Shown here piece after piece: positions 18,947 to 29,165 of a stretch of 48,532 nucleotides of DNA. Made by a program: the position numbers and the translations under genes. Under the pieces are notes generated by a model. That model was not told where the DNA came from and ran no database searches. It worked only from the letters and a program-made list of their open reading frames with translations. This stretch comes from Elusimicrobiota bacterium (GTDB lineage Bacteria; Elusimicrobiota; Endomicrobiia; CG1-02-37-114; JAHJSO01): contig JBDRQF010000060.1 in NCBI GenBank assembly GCA_043826435.1, positions 1-48,532 of the forward strand, written 5' to 3'. Within the stretch, counting starts at the first letter, position 1, and each line of letters starts with the position of its first letter.

Positions 18947-19950
18947 ACCTGCTCCTCGGCGCACTCATCGTTATCTTCCTGTTTTTTTCCGCCTTCTTTT
19001 CCGGAAGCGAGACCGCTCTCACCTCTCTTTCAAAACACAGGATAAAGAAAATAATAGCAATAAGAAAATCGTTCCGCGAAGTTTTCTACAGATGGTTATA
19101 CTATCCGCAGGACATGCTCACCACAATACTGGTCGGTAATACACTCGTAAATATTACCATTTCAACCATGGCGACTGTACTTGCAGTTTCATTGTTTTCG
19201 TCACACAAGAGATGGGTGGTTGAAACAGGGGCATGGATATTTATAACGGGGATTGTGCTTGTTTTCGGCGAGGTGATGCCCAAAATATTTACGAGGAGCC
19301 GCCCCGAGCGGATAAGCATAAAAGTAATAAGGCCGCTTGCGGTTATAAACAAGATGTTCTATCCCGTTATGAAACCGATTTTGTTCATGCTGGACATTTT
19401 TACGAAGAGCGATTTTTCAACTTCGGTGAGCAGGGCGAGTTTATTCTCGGTTGACGAGATAAAGGGCGCCGTTACGGACGCGGGCAGACGGGGCCTGATG
19501 GAAAAGGATACGACGCAGATGCTGGAGGGAGCGCTGAAACTCACAAAAATTAAAGCCAGGGAAATAATGGTTCCTGCAACGAAAATTGAAACGGTTGACA
19601 TTGACATATCCCCGGGAAATATTATTGATAAACTGCTTGAAACGGGACACAGCCGCGTGCCCGTGTATTCGGGTGACAGGAATAAAATTACCGGGATTGT
19701 GCTCCTGAAAGACCTGGCGGGCGCCGGCGTTGATTTTGACATGGAACTTATAAGGCCCGCCTACCACGTCCCGCCCGACAAGAGCGTTATTGAACTGCTC
19801 AGTGATTTTCAGAAGGGCAGTACGCACTGCGCGGTGGTGACGGACAGCAAAGGGATGTTTACAGGGTTTATAACGCTTGAAGACATACTGGAAGAGGTGG
19901 TCGGCGAAGTGGTTGACGAATACGAACATAAACACAGGTGCAATATTTAA
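18943..19950 (+). CDS. CNNM/DUF21-CBS (hemolysin-family, CorB-like) protein without a CorC domain
   Basis: SAFFSGSETALTS, TILVGNTLVN, FGEVMPK, GHSRVPVY, ITLEDILEEVVGE; ATG 18943 overlaps ybeY stop. Confidence 0.9.
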   Translation: MNLLLGALIVIFLFFSAFFSGSETALTSLSKHRIKKIIAIRKSFREVFYRWLYYPQDMLTTILVGNTLVNITISTMATVLAVSLFSSHKRWVVETGAWIFITGIVLVFGEVMPKIFTRSRPERISIKVIRPLAVINKMFYPVMKPILFMLDIFTKSDFSTSVSRASLFSVDEIKGAVTDAGRRGLMEKDTTQMLEGALKLTKIKAREIMVPATKIETVDIDISPGNIIDKLLETGHSRVPVYSGDRNKITGIVLLKDLAGAGVDFDMELIRPAYHVPPDKSVIELLSDFQKGSTHCAVVTDSKGMFTGFITLEDILEEVVGEVVDEYEHKHRCNI

Positions 19951-20017
19951 CACAGGGCTGTGCAAATATATATGATGTTGAACGGGAGCGTTCAAAAAGC
20001 CGACAGTAAACGGGACT

Positions 20018-21289
20018 ATGATAATATTTATTAAATTCGTATTGTTCATAATTTCCATCAAGATTGGTGCATTTTTTACCGGTACAGAGATGTCCCTGTA
20101 CAGTTTATCCCTTACCAATATTACGAAATTCAAGGAAAAATACCCGTCAAAATCAAAGTGCCTGATGTTCTGGGAGGAGAAGCCGGACCATATAATATCA
20201 GCCATACTCATCGGCACAAACCTCGCCTGGATAGGTGCGGGAGTAATTTCTACGTCAATCGCAATTGACATAAGCCGGCTGAACACAGGGCTTGACAAGA
20301 ATATCCTGATTGTTTTGTTTTTAGTCCTGACGGCTGTTATAATATTTATTTTCGGCGAGATATTGCCGAAGGTCTACAGCAGGCACAACCCGGAAGCCGT
20401 GTGTGTGGCCGGGGTTGAGCCGTTGTTCCTGTTTTCCAGGGCGGTTGCCCCGGCAGCCCATTTTCTGGTGAGGGTATCAGAATTCTTACTGGGGCTGTCG
20501 GGACTGAAGGCGATAAAGGAGTCGCCCTTTTTGACCAGGGACGAACTGAAACAGATACTGAACTTTGACGATACATTCGTATCCGACATATCAAAAAAGG
20601 ATTATAGGATGTTGACGAACATATTAAGGTTTACGGAAACAAAAATAAAGGATGTGATGGTCCCGCGTTCGGACGTTTTCGCAATTGATTATGGCGCTGG
20701 GTTTGACAATGCCGTAGAGCACGTCCTGGCGAGCAGGTATTCAAGGGTACCGGTTTACAAGGGGACAGTTGATAACGTAACGGGCATTATCTATGCCAAA
20801 GATCTCATTATTTCACGCAGGACAAGTTCGCTTTTTGTTCTGGACGACCTTATCCGTCCAGCATATTTTGTGCCGGAGACGGCGCCCATCGGATCGCTGC
20901 TGCATGAATTCAGGCAGGGGAGACACCATCTGGCGATAGTTGTGGATGAGTACGGTCTTATGACGGGGCTGATTACCATAGAAGATATAGTGGAGGAAAT
21001 AGTCGGAGAGGTATATGACGAATATGATATTCACGAGCAGAGAATAATTGAATCGCCGTCCGGCGGCTGGATAGTAGGGGCACGGGAACCGATCAGTTAT
21101 ATAAATTCCGAACTAAAGATTAACCTGCCCCAGAGCGAGTCCTTCAGTACTATCGCCGGATGGATAATTTCTGTATCCGGCAGAATACCATCCGTCGGTG
21201 AAAAACTGAACTGGAAGAACACCACGATAGAAATAATTGAGGCGGACAGAAAAAAGGTCAGCAGGGTTAAAATAACAAAAAATGAATAA
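20018..21289 (+). CDS. CNNM/DUF21-CBS-CorC (hemolysin-family) protein
   Basis: AFFTGTEMSL, ILIGTNL, FGEILPK, MVPRSDV, YSRVPVY, VVDEYG...TIEDIVEEIVGE, C-terminal TIAGW...GRIP. Confidence 0.92.
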   Translation: MIIFIKFVLFIISIKIGAFFTGTEMSLYSLSLTNITKFKEKYPSKSKCLMFWEEKPDHIISAILIGTNLAWIGAGVISTSIAIDISRLNTGLDKNILIVLFLVLTAVIIFIFGEILPKVYSRHNPEAVCVAGVEPLFLFSRAVAPAAHFLVRVSEFLLGLSGLKAIKESPFLTRDELKQILNFDDTFVSDISKKDYRMLTNILRFTETKIKDVMVPRSDVFAIDYGAGFDNAVEHVLASRYSRVPVYKGTVDNVTGIIYAKDLIISRRTSSLFVLDDLIRPAYFVPETAPIGSLLHEFRQGRHHLAIVVDEYGLMTGLITIEDIVEEIVGEVYDEYDIHEQRIIESPSGGWIVGAREPISYINSELKINLPQSESFSTIAGWIISVSGRIPSVGEKLNWKNTTIEIIEADRKKVSRVKITKNE

Positions 21290-22652
21290 TAAATCCATTC
21301 AATCATGGGCGCTCTTTATACCTGAATTAAAATCGTTGCTATGCTCAAAGGAGTACGCTGTTTTAAAAAAGATGCTCAGGGAAATACATCCCGTTGACAT
21401 GGCAGAGGGCTGGTTCAATTTTGCCGCCGACGAAAAACTTATTTTGTTTAAGTTGCTGGATACAAGGCGGGCGGTTGAGGTGTTTGAGGACCTGGATTTT
21501 CCTGATCAGTATTTTCTGTTGGAGAACTCAGAGGAGCAGTCCGCAACTGATGTGTTGCATGAGATGACGACGGATGAAAAGGCGAAACTCTTTAAAAAAT
21601 TGTCTCCCCGTATTAAGAAAAAATTCTTCTCCCTTCTCAAAAAAGAAGATGCAAGCAGGGTTCAGGAGGTAATGGACTATCCTGACGGCTCTGCGGGCAA
21701 GGTAATGCATGCCAGATCTATAACACTGCAACCCGATACGACGGCAAAACAGTCGCTGGAACATATTCAAAAAATCGCCCGGCTCCACCGCGCTGAAGCA
21801 CTCCATGCGTTTTATATTACTGATAAAGACAATATCCTTCTGGGAGGGATTACTCTCAGAAAACTTGTCGGTTCGCCCCCTGACATAAAGGTGTCTGAAA
21901 TTATGACACCTGTGGCTGTAATAAAGATTGACCCGTACGCCTCACAGGAGGAAGCAGCGAGGATGTTTTCAAAATACGACATATCAATTGCACCCGTTGT
22001 TGACAGCAGGAACCATCTGATAGGGGTTATAGTCGTTGACGATATAATTGATATAATTAACAGGGAAGCCACGGAGGATATAACGAAGATGGCGGGGACT
22101 GGACCTGAGGACCTCACCACGGGGTCTGTTACAAAAGTAATCCGCCTTCGTATGCCGTGGCTGTTTGCGACATGGATAGGCGGACTCATAACGTCGTCAA
22201 TAATTTCATTTTTTGAGCCGACTATGTCCAGAATACTCGCCATAGCGGCGTTTATTCCCGTTATAGCGGGTATGGGGGGCAATGTCGGGACGCAATCGTC
22301 AACAATAGTTGTGCGTGGTCTTGCAACAGGGGAAATTGACATCAGGCAGGTCTGGAAAATGGTTTACAGGGAACTAAGGGTTGGCGTTTTTCTCGGTTTT
22401 TTATACGGGTTGATGCTCGGAACAATTGCAAACATAATTCATTCCGGCCGGTTCACATTAAAGTTTGGATTTGTCATCGGGCTTGGGATATTCACTTCAA
22501 TGAGTATCGCCGCCACGCTGGGGGCGCTTCTGCCGATGGTTTTTAAGCGGCTGAATATTGACCCTGCTGTTGCAACCGCGCCCTTTGTTTCCACTGCCAC
22601 TGATATAATAAGTATTTTTACGTATCTTGCGTTTGCCGCCATGCTTTTTTAA
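21282..22652 (+). CDS. mgtE: Magnesium transporter MgtE
   Basis: HPVD N-domain, CBS pair, RMPWL, GMGGNVGTQS, DPAVATAPFVSTATD. Confidence 0.96.
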   Translation: MNNKSIQSWALFIPELKSLLCSKEYAVLKKMLREIHPVDMAEGWFNFAADEKLILFKLLDTRRAVEVFEDLDFPDQYFLLENSEEQSATDVLHEMTTDEKAKLFKKLSPRIKKKFFSLLKKEDASRVQEVMDYPDGSAGKVMHARSITLQPDTTAKQSLEHIQKIARLHRAEALHAFYITDKDNILLGGITLRKLVGSPPDIKVSEIMTPVAVIKIDPYASQEEAARMFSKYDISIAPVVDSRNHLIGVIVVDDIIDIINREATEDITKMAGTGPEDLTTGSVTKVIRLRMPWLFATWIGGLITSSIISFFEPTMSRILAIAAFIPVIAGMGGNVGTQSSTIVVRGLATGEIDIRQVWKMVYRELRVGVFLGFLYGLMLGTIANIIHSGRFTLKFGFVIGLGIFTSMSIAATLGALLPMVFKRLNIDPAVATAPFVSTATDIISIFTYLAFAAMLF

Positions 22653-22740
22653 TATGCGACGCCGGCCGGGGCGTGAATTTTCTTCCGGCTTAAGCAGGGT
22701 TACCGGTTTAGTCAGCAGTTATTTATTCCGGGAGGACATC

Positions 22741-23400
22741 GTGTATCACGTAACCGACGGGATTGTATTAAACAGGAGGACGATAAACGAGGCGGACAGA
22801 CAAATCTGCGTATGGACGCGTGACATCGGAAAGGTAAGGCCCGTTGCGACCGGCTCATGCAGGGTGTCCGCCCGGATGCTTTCACTGACCGAGCCGATAA
22901 GCCGGTGTGAGTTTATGCTGTACGTAAATCACGGGAATTCAGGCAGGGTGAGGGTTGTCGGCGGGGAGTTGAAAAACATGTTCCCGGACGTAAAGAAGGA
23001 TGTCCTCCGTTATACCTTCGCCTGTAAGGTTGCAGAGGCGGCTGACCTGCTCACAGCGGAATTAGACAAGAATGAAAAGAAATATTTTTTACTTTTGCGG
23101 ACTTATGAACTTTTATCGCACGCAAAAAACCCTGAAAAAATCTACCTTGCATTTTTGCTAAGATTTTTGCGTCTGTGTGGATATGGTATAGAATATAATA
23201 AGGCATTAAACCTGGGTAAAAAAACAATTTTGGCATTTCACAATATAGGACGACTCTCAGGGGAGGATGTTGACTCCCTGCCCATTCAGGAACAGGAACT
23301 TGTTGGAATTGTTGAAAATTATCTTATGGAGTATGTTGGTTTTCCGATGAAGACAAAATTGTTTGCTGAGAAGATAGAAAAATTTGACATTCTCTCTTAA
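22741..23400 (+). CDS. recO: DNA repair protein RecO
   Basis: GIVLNRRTINEADRQICVWTRDIGKV OB-fold start; FLLRFLRLCGY; GTG 22741 with GGAGG SD; recO-glyQS synteny. Confidence 0.85.
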   Translation: MYHVTDGIVLNRRTINEADRQICVWTRDIGKVRPVATGSCRVSARMLSLTEPISRCEFMLYVNHGNSGRVRVVGGELKNMFPDVKKDVLRYTFACKVAEAADLLTAELDKNEKKYFLLLRTYELLSHAKNPEKIYLAFLLRFLRLCGYGIEYNKALNLGKKTILAFHNIGRLSGEDVDSLPIQEQELVGIVENYLMEYVGFPMKTKLFAEKIEKFDILS

Positions 23401-23413
23401 AGTTTTGTAAAAT
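23384..23413 (+). promoter_or_regulatory. Sigma70-type promoter for glyQS
   Basis: TTGACA-18 nt-TAAAAT, -35 inside the recO 3' end; short leader. Confidence 0.6.
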
Positions 23414-23425
23414 TGTGATGCACTT

Positions 23426-24274
23426 ATGAACTTTCAGAATATAATTTTTTCTCTTGAGAAATTCTGGGCTCGTCGGGGATGCCTGATATGGCAGCCGTAC
23501 GACATTGAAAAGGGCGCGGGTACTTTTAACCCCGCTACCTTTTTGAGATGTTTGGGACCGGCACCATGGAGGGCCGCTTATGTTGAACCATCCCGCAGGC
23601 CCACTGACGGACGCTATGGCGAAAACCCCAACCGTCTCCAGCACTACTACCAGTACCAGGTAATAATAAAGCCGGCACCCCAGAACATACAGCAGACATA
23701 CCTGTCCAGTTTAAAGGCAATAGGGCTCAATCTTAAACAGCACGATATAAGGTTTGTGGAAGACGACTGGGAGAGCCCCACTCTCGGCGCCTGGGGGCTC
23801 GGCTGGGAGGTCTGGCTTGACGGTATGGAGATTACGCAGTTCACATATTTCCAGCAGATAGGCGGGATTGAACTTGACCCGGTTTCGGTGGAAATTACTT
23901 ACGGGATTGAACGGCTGGCCATGTTTTCACAGAAGAAAGACAGCGTGTACGACATCCTGTGGGACGACCGCACAACCTACGGCGAAATCCATCTGAAAGA
24001 CGAACAGCAGTGGTCCAAATATAATTTTGAGGAAGTAAACGTTCCCGTATGCAGGAAGCAGTTTGACGAGTGGGAACAGGAGGCGGGGAGGTTGATTTCA
24101 AAGGGGATTGTCCTGCCCGCTTATGACTGCGTTTTGAAATGTTCTCACCTGTTTAACCTGCTGGATGCCCGCGGGGCCATTTCCGTTTCGGAAAGAACGT
24201 CCTACATCGCCAGGGTCAGAAAACTCGCCTGTGACGTTGCCCGGGAGTATTGCAATATGATAGAAAAAAAATAG
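23426..24274 (+). CDS. glyQ: Glycine--tRNA ligase alpha subunit
   Basis: [68 protein letters not shown]. Confidence 0.98.
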   Translation: MNFQNIIFSLEKFWARRGCLIWQPYDIEKGAGTFNPATFLRCLGPAPWRAAYVEPSRRPTDGRYGENPNRLQHYYQYQVIIKPAPQNIQQTYLSSLKAIGLNLKQHDIRFVEDDWESPTLGAWGLGWEVWLDGMEITQFTYFQQIGGIELDPVSVEITYGIERLAMFSQKKDSVYDILWDDRTTYGEIHLKDEQQWSKYNFEEVNVPVCRKQFDEWEQEAGRLISKGIVLPAYDCVLKCSHLFNLLDARGAISVSERTSYIARVRKLACDVAREYCNMIEKK

Positions 24275-24292
24275 TAATTATTCAGTTAGCCA

Positions 24293-24340
24293 TGTCATTG
24301 CGAGAAGCGTTAGCGACAAAGCAATCTCAACGCAATGACA
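24293..24340. repeat. REP-like palindromic element between glyQ and glyS
   Basis: TGTCATTGCGAGAAGCGTTAGCGACAAAGCAATCTCA followed by an inverted end CGCAATGACA. Confidence 0.88.
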
Positions 24341-24366
24341 CACATAGAAAGACGGAAGGTATAAAA

Positions 24367-26463
24367 ATGCCTAAAGATGCAGTTGTGGAAATATACACCG
24401 AGGAAATCCCTGCAAGGTTTTTGCCGCCTGCGGTACGGCAGTTGAAGTCCCTTGCGGATGCCGCCCTGCAGGATAAAAAACTGAAATATTCGGCAGTAAA
24501 AACGTTTGCGACCCCGAGGCGTCTTACCCTCTACATTGAGGCGCTTGAAGAAAAATCCCGGGATGAAACCGAAGAGTTTACCGGGCCGCTGTCCTGTATC
24601 GCCTTCGACGACAAAAACCGCCCCACGCAGGCGGGGGTGGGGTTTGCAAAAAGGTTCGGGGTTGACTCAAGCGAACTTAAAATAAAGGAAATGCCCAAAG
24701 GGAAGTACGTCTATATAATCAAAAAAACCCAGGGCGTGCCTGCGGAAAAAATACTGCCTGCCATGTTCACGGAAATAATATCCAAACTTGAATTCCCGAA
24801 AACAATGGTGTGGGAGGACACAAAATTCAGGTTTGCCAGGCCCGTCAGGGGACTTGTCTGTCTCTACGGGGACCGGCCGGTAAAATTAAACATAGCGGGC
24901 GTGAAGTCAGGTACTGCCACGTTCGGGTTGTATGTTACGTCGCAGAAAAGAATAAAGATACCGGGCGCAAAAAATTATTTTGCAACCCTCAGGAATAACA
25001 ACGTTCTGGTTGACGATGAATTAAGGAAGCAGGCAATCGTCAGCGCCCTCAAATCAGCCGCAAAAAAGATGGACTGTAACGTGAACGTGCCGGAGGGATT
25101 ATTGACGACGACAAATTTTCTCGTTGAATACCCTTCAGCCGTTACGTGCAGGTTTGATGAAAGATTCCTGAAACTGCCCCCCGAAATTATCGTAAACTGC
25201 ATAGAAAAAAAACAGAATTGTTTCTCCATGGTTGACGGCAAAGGCGCCCTTACGAATAACTTTATCGCCATAAGAAACGGCATATCGGAACACCAGAAGG
25301 TCGTGAGCGAGGGGTACGAGAGAGTCCTGCAGGCGCGCCTCACGGACGCCGAATTCTTTTTCAGGCAGGACACAAAAACGAAACTGGCGGATAAGTCAGA
25401 AAAACTCAAAGGCGTAATATTTCATAAAAAATTGGGCACGGTGGCTGAAAAGGTCGGACGCATTGTTGCAATGTGCGAATACCTGGTGAGTGTTTTGAAT
25501 ATCCCGGATAATGAAGTTGAAAAGATAAGAAGGACCGCACTATTGTGTAAAAACGATCTGGTTACCGGGATGGTTTATGAATACACGGAACTCCAGGGAG
25601 TCCTGGGCAGGATATATGCTCTGTATGACGGCGAAGACGGGGACGTTGCAGGCGGCATTGAACAGCACTACTGGCCCCTGACATCGGACGGCGAAATACC
25701 CCGGACGTTGACGGGCACTGTGGTTTCACTGGCGGACAAGATAGACACGCTTGCGGGTGATTTTTCAGTCGGTATTGTCCCGACCGGCTCAGAGGACCCG
25801 TACGGCCTGCGCCGGGCAGGAGCGGGGCTGCTCAGAATTATCCTTGAAAAGAAACTGGACTGTTCACTCCGGGCGGGTTTTGAAAAGGCAATGGGTCTTT
25901 TGCCGGAACAGGTCAACGGGCAGGTAATGAACAGGATATTTGAATTTTTAAGTCAGCGTTTAGAGACGATTTTTGAAGAGAAAAAATACAGGTTTGACGA
26001 AATCCGCTGTGTCCTGTCCGGCGGGTTTGACAATCTGGCGGACACAGAGCAGAAAATAAAATCAATTAAGGAAATCCGCAGCATACCCGATTTTGAACCT
26101 CTTATTACCGGTTACAAAAGGGCTGCAAACATCCTGAAACAGGCGGAGCAAAAAGGCATAAAACAGGGTATACATACAGCGGACGCGGAAATGGTTCTAA
26201 AAGAAAGGTTGTCGGAAAAAGAGGAAAAAGCCCTGTACGAGATGGTGCAGGAATTAACAAATGAGATTGAATCCCTTGTGTCAGGGAAAAACTATTCTGA
26301 AATCTTAAAAAAACTTGTAGGGCTGCGACCCGCAATAGATTTGTTTTTTGAAAAAGTTATGGTAATGACCGATGATTCCGCCGTGAGAGATGCCCGCCTT
26401 TTATTGCTGCAAAAAACCGTCTCTTTATTTTACATCCTTGGCAATTTCTCACTTCTGCAGTAG
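24367..26463 (+). CDS. glyS: Glycine--tRNA ligase beta subunit
   Basis: EIYTEEIPA, TPRRL, FPKTMVW...FARPVR, VLQARLTDAEFF, ELQGVLG, GSEDPYGLRR, FFEKVMVM; ATG 24367. Confidence 0.96.
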   Translation: MPKDAVVEIYTEEIPARFLPPAVRQLKSLADAALQDKKLKYSAVKTFATPRRLTLYIEALEEKSRDETEEFTGPLSCIAFDDKNRPTQAGVGFAKRFGVDSSELKIKEMPKGKYVYIIKKTQGVPAEKILPAMFTEIISKLEFPKTMVWEDTKFRFARPVRGLVCLYGDRPVKLNIAGVKSGTATFGLYVTSQKRIKIPGAKNYFATLRNNNVLVDDELRKQAIVSALKSAAKKMDCNVNVPEGLLTTTNFLVEYPSAVTCRFDERFLKLPPEIIVNCIEKKQNCFSMVDGKGALTNNFIAIRNGISEHQKVVSEGYERVLQARLTDAEFFFRQDTKTKLADKSEKLKGVIFHKKLGTVAEKVGRIVAMCEYLVSVLNIPDNEVEKIRRTALLCKNDLVTGMVYEYTELQGVLGRIYALYDGEDGDVAGGIEQHYWPLTSDGEIPRTLTGTVVSLADKIDTLAGDFSVGIVPTGSEDPYGLRRAGAGLLRIILEKKLDCSLRAGFEKAMGLLPEQVNGQVMNRIFEFLSQRLETIFEEKKYRFDEIRCVLSGGFDNLADTEQKIKSIKEIRSIPDFEPLITGYKRAANILKQAEQKGIKQGIHTADAEMVLKERLSEKEEKALYEMVQELTNEIESLVSGKNYSEILKKLVGLRPAIDLFFEKVMVMTDDSAVRDARLLLLQKTVSLFYILGNFSLLQ

Positions 26464-26924
26464 TTACCTGATTTGCCGCCGGATTTTTCTAAGAGATGAA
26501 TTTCTGTGAGCGTGGCGGACCTGTCAACCGATTTAACCATGTCATATATTGTAAGAAGGGCGACCGCAACAGAAGTTATCGCTTCTATATCAGGACCTGT
26601 TCTACCTGACATTTTTACTTCTGATGTTACTACCACCGCCGTACTTTTAATTTCAAATTGCAAGTCACAATAGGTTATATTCAGCGGGTGGGTGAGTGGA
26701 ATTAACTCGGACACCTTTTTCGCCGCTAAGATTCCTGCGATTTTTGCTGTGGCAATTGCGTCGCCCTTGGTGAGCGCCTTTTCTTTAAGAAGTTTTACCG
26801 TTGATTTTTTCAATAAGATTTTTCCTGCGGCTTTTGCCAATCTTTCCGTCGGTTGTTTGTGGGAGATATCAACCATTTTGACCTTCCCTGTTTTGTCAAA
26901 GTGCGTGAGTTTTCTATCAGACAT
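26430..26924 (-). CDS. moaC: Cyclic pyranopterin monophosphate synthase MoaC
   Basis: LTHFD..G.VKMVDISHK, KGDAIATAKIAGILAAK, LIPLTHPL, LTIYDMVKS, EKSGGKSG; converges on and overlaps glyS by 34 bp. Confidence 0.95.
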   Translation of the reverse strand: MSDRKLTHFDKTGKVKMVDISHKQPTERLAKAAGKILLKKSTVKLLKEKALTKGDAIATAKIAGILAAKKVSELIPLTHPLNITYCDLQFEIKSTAVVVTSEVKMSGRTGPDIEAITSVAVALLTIYDMVKSVDRSATLTEIHLLEKSGGKSGNYCRSEKLPRM

Positions 26925-26938
26925 TTTTATCCTCCATT

Positions 26939-27976
26939 TTACCCGCCAATCCTGGACATGCATTCTTTGGATGGCCGTCCTGCCGGCTGAGCCGACCGAA
27001 AGTTGTGCCTCCTTGGTTTATTTCCGCAGGCAGTTGTGAATAATAATTTTAATTGTTCGTCGGTAGCACCTGACCTGATTGCACTCTTTATATCAATTTC
27101 ATATTTATATCCCAGGCATAGCCGAATTTTTCCGTCGGCTGTCAATCTCAAACGATTACACATGCGACAGAATGGCTGGCTGATAGCGGGTATAAAGCCG
27201 ATAAACCCCTGTCCCGCTGTCTTTTTGCCCGACGGGGACGGGAATCCGTAGTGTCTCCCGGGTCCCGCCCCGGGCAGTTTGACATTTACCATAGAGTAGT
27301 TTCTGACCAGAGATGTTTCTATCTTATCCAGCGGAATGAAAGAACCGTCATTTTTCCGTAGGAGCCCGCTCCTGCCGAATGGCATCTGTTCTATAAATCT
27401 AACAGCCACATGGCTTTTCCTTGCAAAATTAATAAATGACTCTATCTCGTCCGAGTTGAAACCCGGCACAACCACAACGTTTATCTTTACAGGGGAGAAG
27501 CCGACTCTAATCGCTGTTTTGATTCCTGAAATTACATTTTTAATGTCGCCGTGGCCCCTCGTTATCTGTTTGAATTTTTCCGGGTTGAGCGTGTCCATAC
27601 TTACATTTATCCGTTTTACCCCTGCATTAAATATCCGCAGTGCATACCTCTGCAACAAAATACCGTTTGTTGTGAGAGTGAACTCCGCTTTCCTGTGTTT
27701 GCTTTTCACGAGCGCGACCGCTTTCCTAATAAAGCCGATGGCCCCTTTCCTCAGCAGTGGCTCACCTCCAGTGAAACGGAATTTACTCATCCCCAGACCG
27801 GTTGCGACCCCGATGATTTTTAAGATTTCCTCGTAGGTAAGAATTTCGTTCCTGTCAAGGAGTTTTATCCCTGCGGCAGGCATGCAATAGACACATCTGA
27901 GGTTGCACCTGTCCGTCAGCGAAATACGGAGGTAGGTTATTATTCTGCCGAATTTATCAACTAATTTTTTGGTCAT
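26939..27976 (-). CDS. moaA: GTP 3',8-cyclase MoaA (radical SAM)
   Basis: YLRISLTDRCNLRCVYCMP, TGGEP, FCRMCNRLRLTADGKIRLCL, C-terminal MSRIGG. Confidence 0.97.
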   Translation of the reverse strand: MTKKLVDKFGRIITYLRISLTDRCNLRCVYCMPAAGIKLLDRNEILTYEEILKIIGVATGLGMSKFRFTGGEPLLRKGAIGFIRKAVALVKSKHRKAEFTLTTNGILLQRYALRIFNAGVKRINVSMDTLNPEKFKQITRGHGDIKNVISGIKTAIRVGFSPVKINVVVVPGFNSDEIESFINFARKSHVAVRFIEQMPFGRSGLLRKNDGSFIPLDKIETSLVRNYSMVNVKLPGAGPGRHYGFPSPSGKKTAGQGFIGFIPAISQPFCRMCNRLRLTADGKIRLCLGYKYEIDIKSAIRSGATDEQLKLLFTTACGNKPRRHNFRSAQPAGRPSKECMSRIGG

Positions 27977-29165
27977 TGTTTTCTAAAATCTTCAGGAGTT
28001 CGTCCTTTTTTTGTGTGAATTCATCCTGATATTTACGGGGAACACTTTCAGACGGCGGAAACCTGAGTTTCAGAAAGTTAACAAAAGCACCATTTTTCTT
28101 AATACGAAAATCCAGATGGGGACCTGTGGAGAGACCCGTGGATCCGACCCGGCCTACGAACTCCCCCTGTTTTACTCTTTTACCTGTCTTAATACCGGGT
28201 GCAAAACTGCTAAGGTGCGCGTAACTTGATGTGTATGTGGCGTTGTGTTTTATTACCACAAGTTTTCCGTTTTGCCCTTTCCAGCCGCGGAAGGTTACCA
28301 CTCCATCGCCAATGCTCACAATAGGTGTCCCGTGTGGCGCGGCGTAGTCAATACCCTTGTGTGGACGGTAATATCTCAGAATCGGATGAAATCTTTTGTG
28401 TGAAAAATAAGAAGAAATCCTGCGGAAATTCAGTGGTGCTTTTAAAAATATCTTACGGAGTGAACCCCCGTCAGGAGCATAATGTCCGCTTATTTTACCA
28501 TCTGAACTTTCAAAGAAAACGCCTGTTACTTCCCCTGTGCTTTTTCCGTTGTATCTAGCAGCAAGGATTTCGCCGTTTTTTATGAAGTCATTTTCATACT
28601 TATACTGCTCATATACAACCTTGAATGTGTCGCCGACCCGCGGGTCATTATAAAAGTCAATCTGCCACTGGAACATATCTGCAAGGGTCATTATAATTTC
28701 TAATGAGACACCCTTTTCAATCATTGCATCGTACAGGGTGGTGTTGATGGTGCCCTCTACTGTCGCTGTCGTTTTTGTGGATGGAACAAACTGTTCTTCG
28801 CAATAGAAAATGCCTGTCGTTGATTTTCGGACACAGAAATATTTTACTGACGAATGCCAGTAGTTGAACTGAAAGATTGTTCCAAAGGTTGAGTGGTGTA
28901 TTTCATAGAGTTGGCCTGGATTTAGGCGTCTGACACTGTGTTTTTGATTGAGTGAATTTATTACAGCGGAGATGTCTGAATTTGTAAAATTCATTCCGGA
29001 AAGTATGCTGTAAAGCACATCTCCCGACTGGAAGGTTCCCGAAGATATAACAACCATCGGTTTTCGGACGGTTAGGAATATTGATTTGTTTGCGAGAAAT
29101 ATCGCAATGACTAACAGGATGGTTGTCCCAGCCGCTACATAGATATTTCTGAATTTTAAACCCAT
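27957..29165 (-). CDS. M23 family peptidoglycan DD-endopeptidase (MepM/Csd3-like)
   Basis: N-terminal anchor; [39 protein letters not shown]. Confidence 0.92.
   Translation of the reverse strand: MGLKFRNIYVAAGTTILLVIAIFLANKSIFLTVRKPMVVISSGTFQSGDVLYSILSGMNFTNSDISAVINSLNQKHSVRRLNPGQLYEIHHSTFGTIFQFNYWHSSVKYFCVRKSTTGIFYCEEQFVPSTKTTATVEGTINTTLYDAMIEKGVSLEIIMTLADMFQWQIDFYNDPRVGDTFKVVYEQYKYENDFIKNGEILAARYNGKSTGEVTGVFFESSDGKISGHYAPDGGSLRKIFLKAPLNFRRISSYFSHKRFHPILRYYRPHKGIDYAAPHGTPIVSIGDGVVTFRGWKGQNGKLVVIKHNATYTSSYAHLSSFAPGIKTGKRVKQGEFVGRVGSTGLSTGPHLDFRIKKNGAFVNFLKLRFPPSESVPRKYQDEFTQKKDELLKILENNDQKIS

Noticed and set aside
16107..22652. Tandem CNNM genes with mgtE as a special island
   Set aside because: phoH-HD-ybeY-CNNM clustering is common; nothing beyond a paralog pair is evident.
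23400..23426. T-box leader for glyQS, or Moco/purine riboswitches for moa and deaminase genes
   Set aside because: The intergenic spaces are too short or the genes overlap; no recognisable motifs.
24250..24366. N-terminal extension of GlyS containing a translated REP (MSLREALATKQS)
   Set aside because: Homology to GlyS starts at ATG 24367, which has its own SD-like sequence; the extension is open frame through an intergenic repeat.
29090..29111. Another in-CDS REP copy in the M23 gene (GTCATTGCGA on minus strand)
   Set aside because: Only a 10-bp match with no inner hairpin or GCAATC end; compatible with chance.
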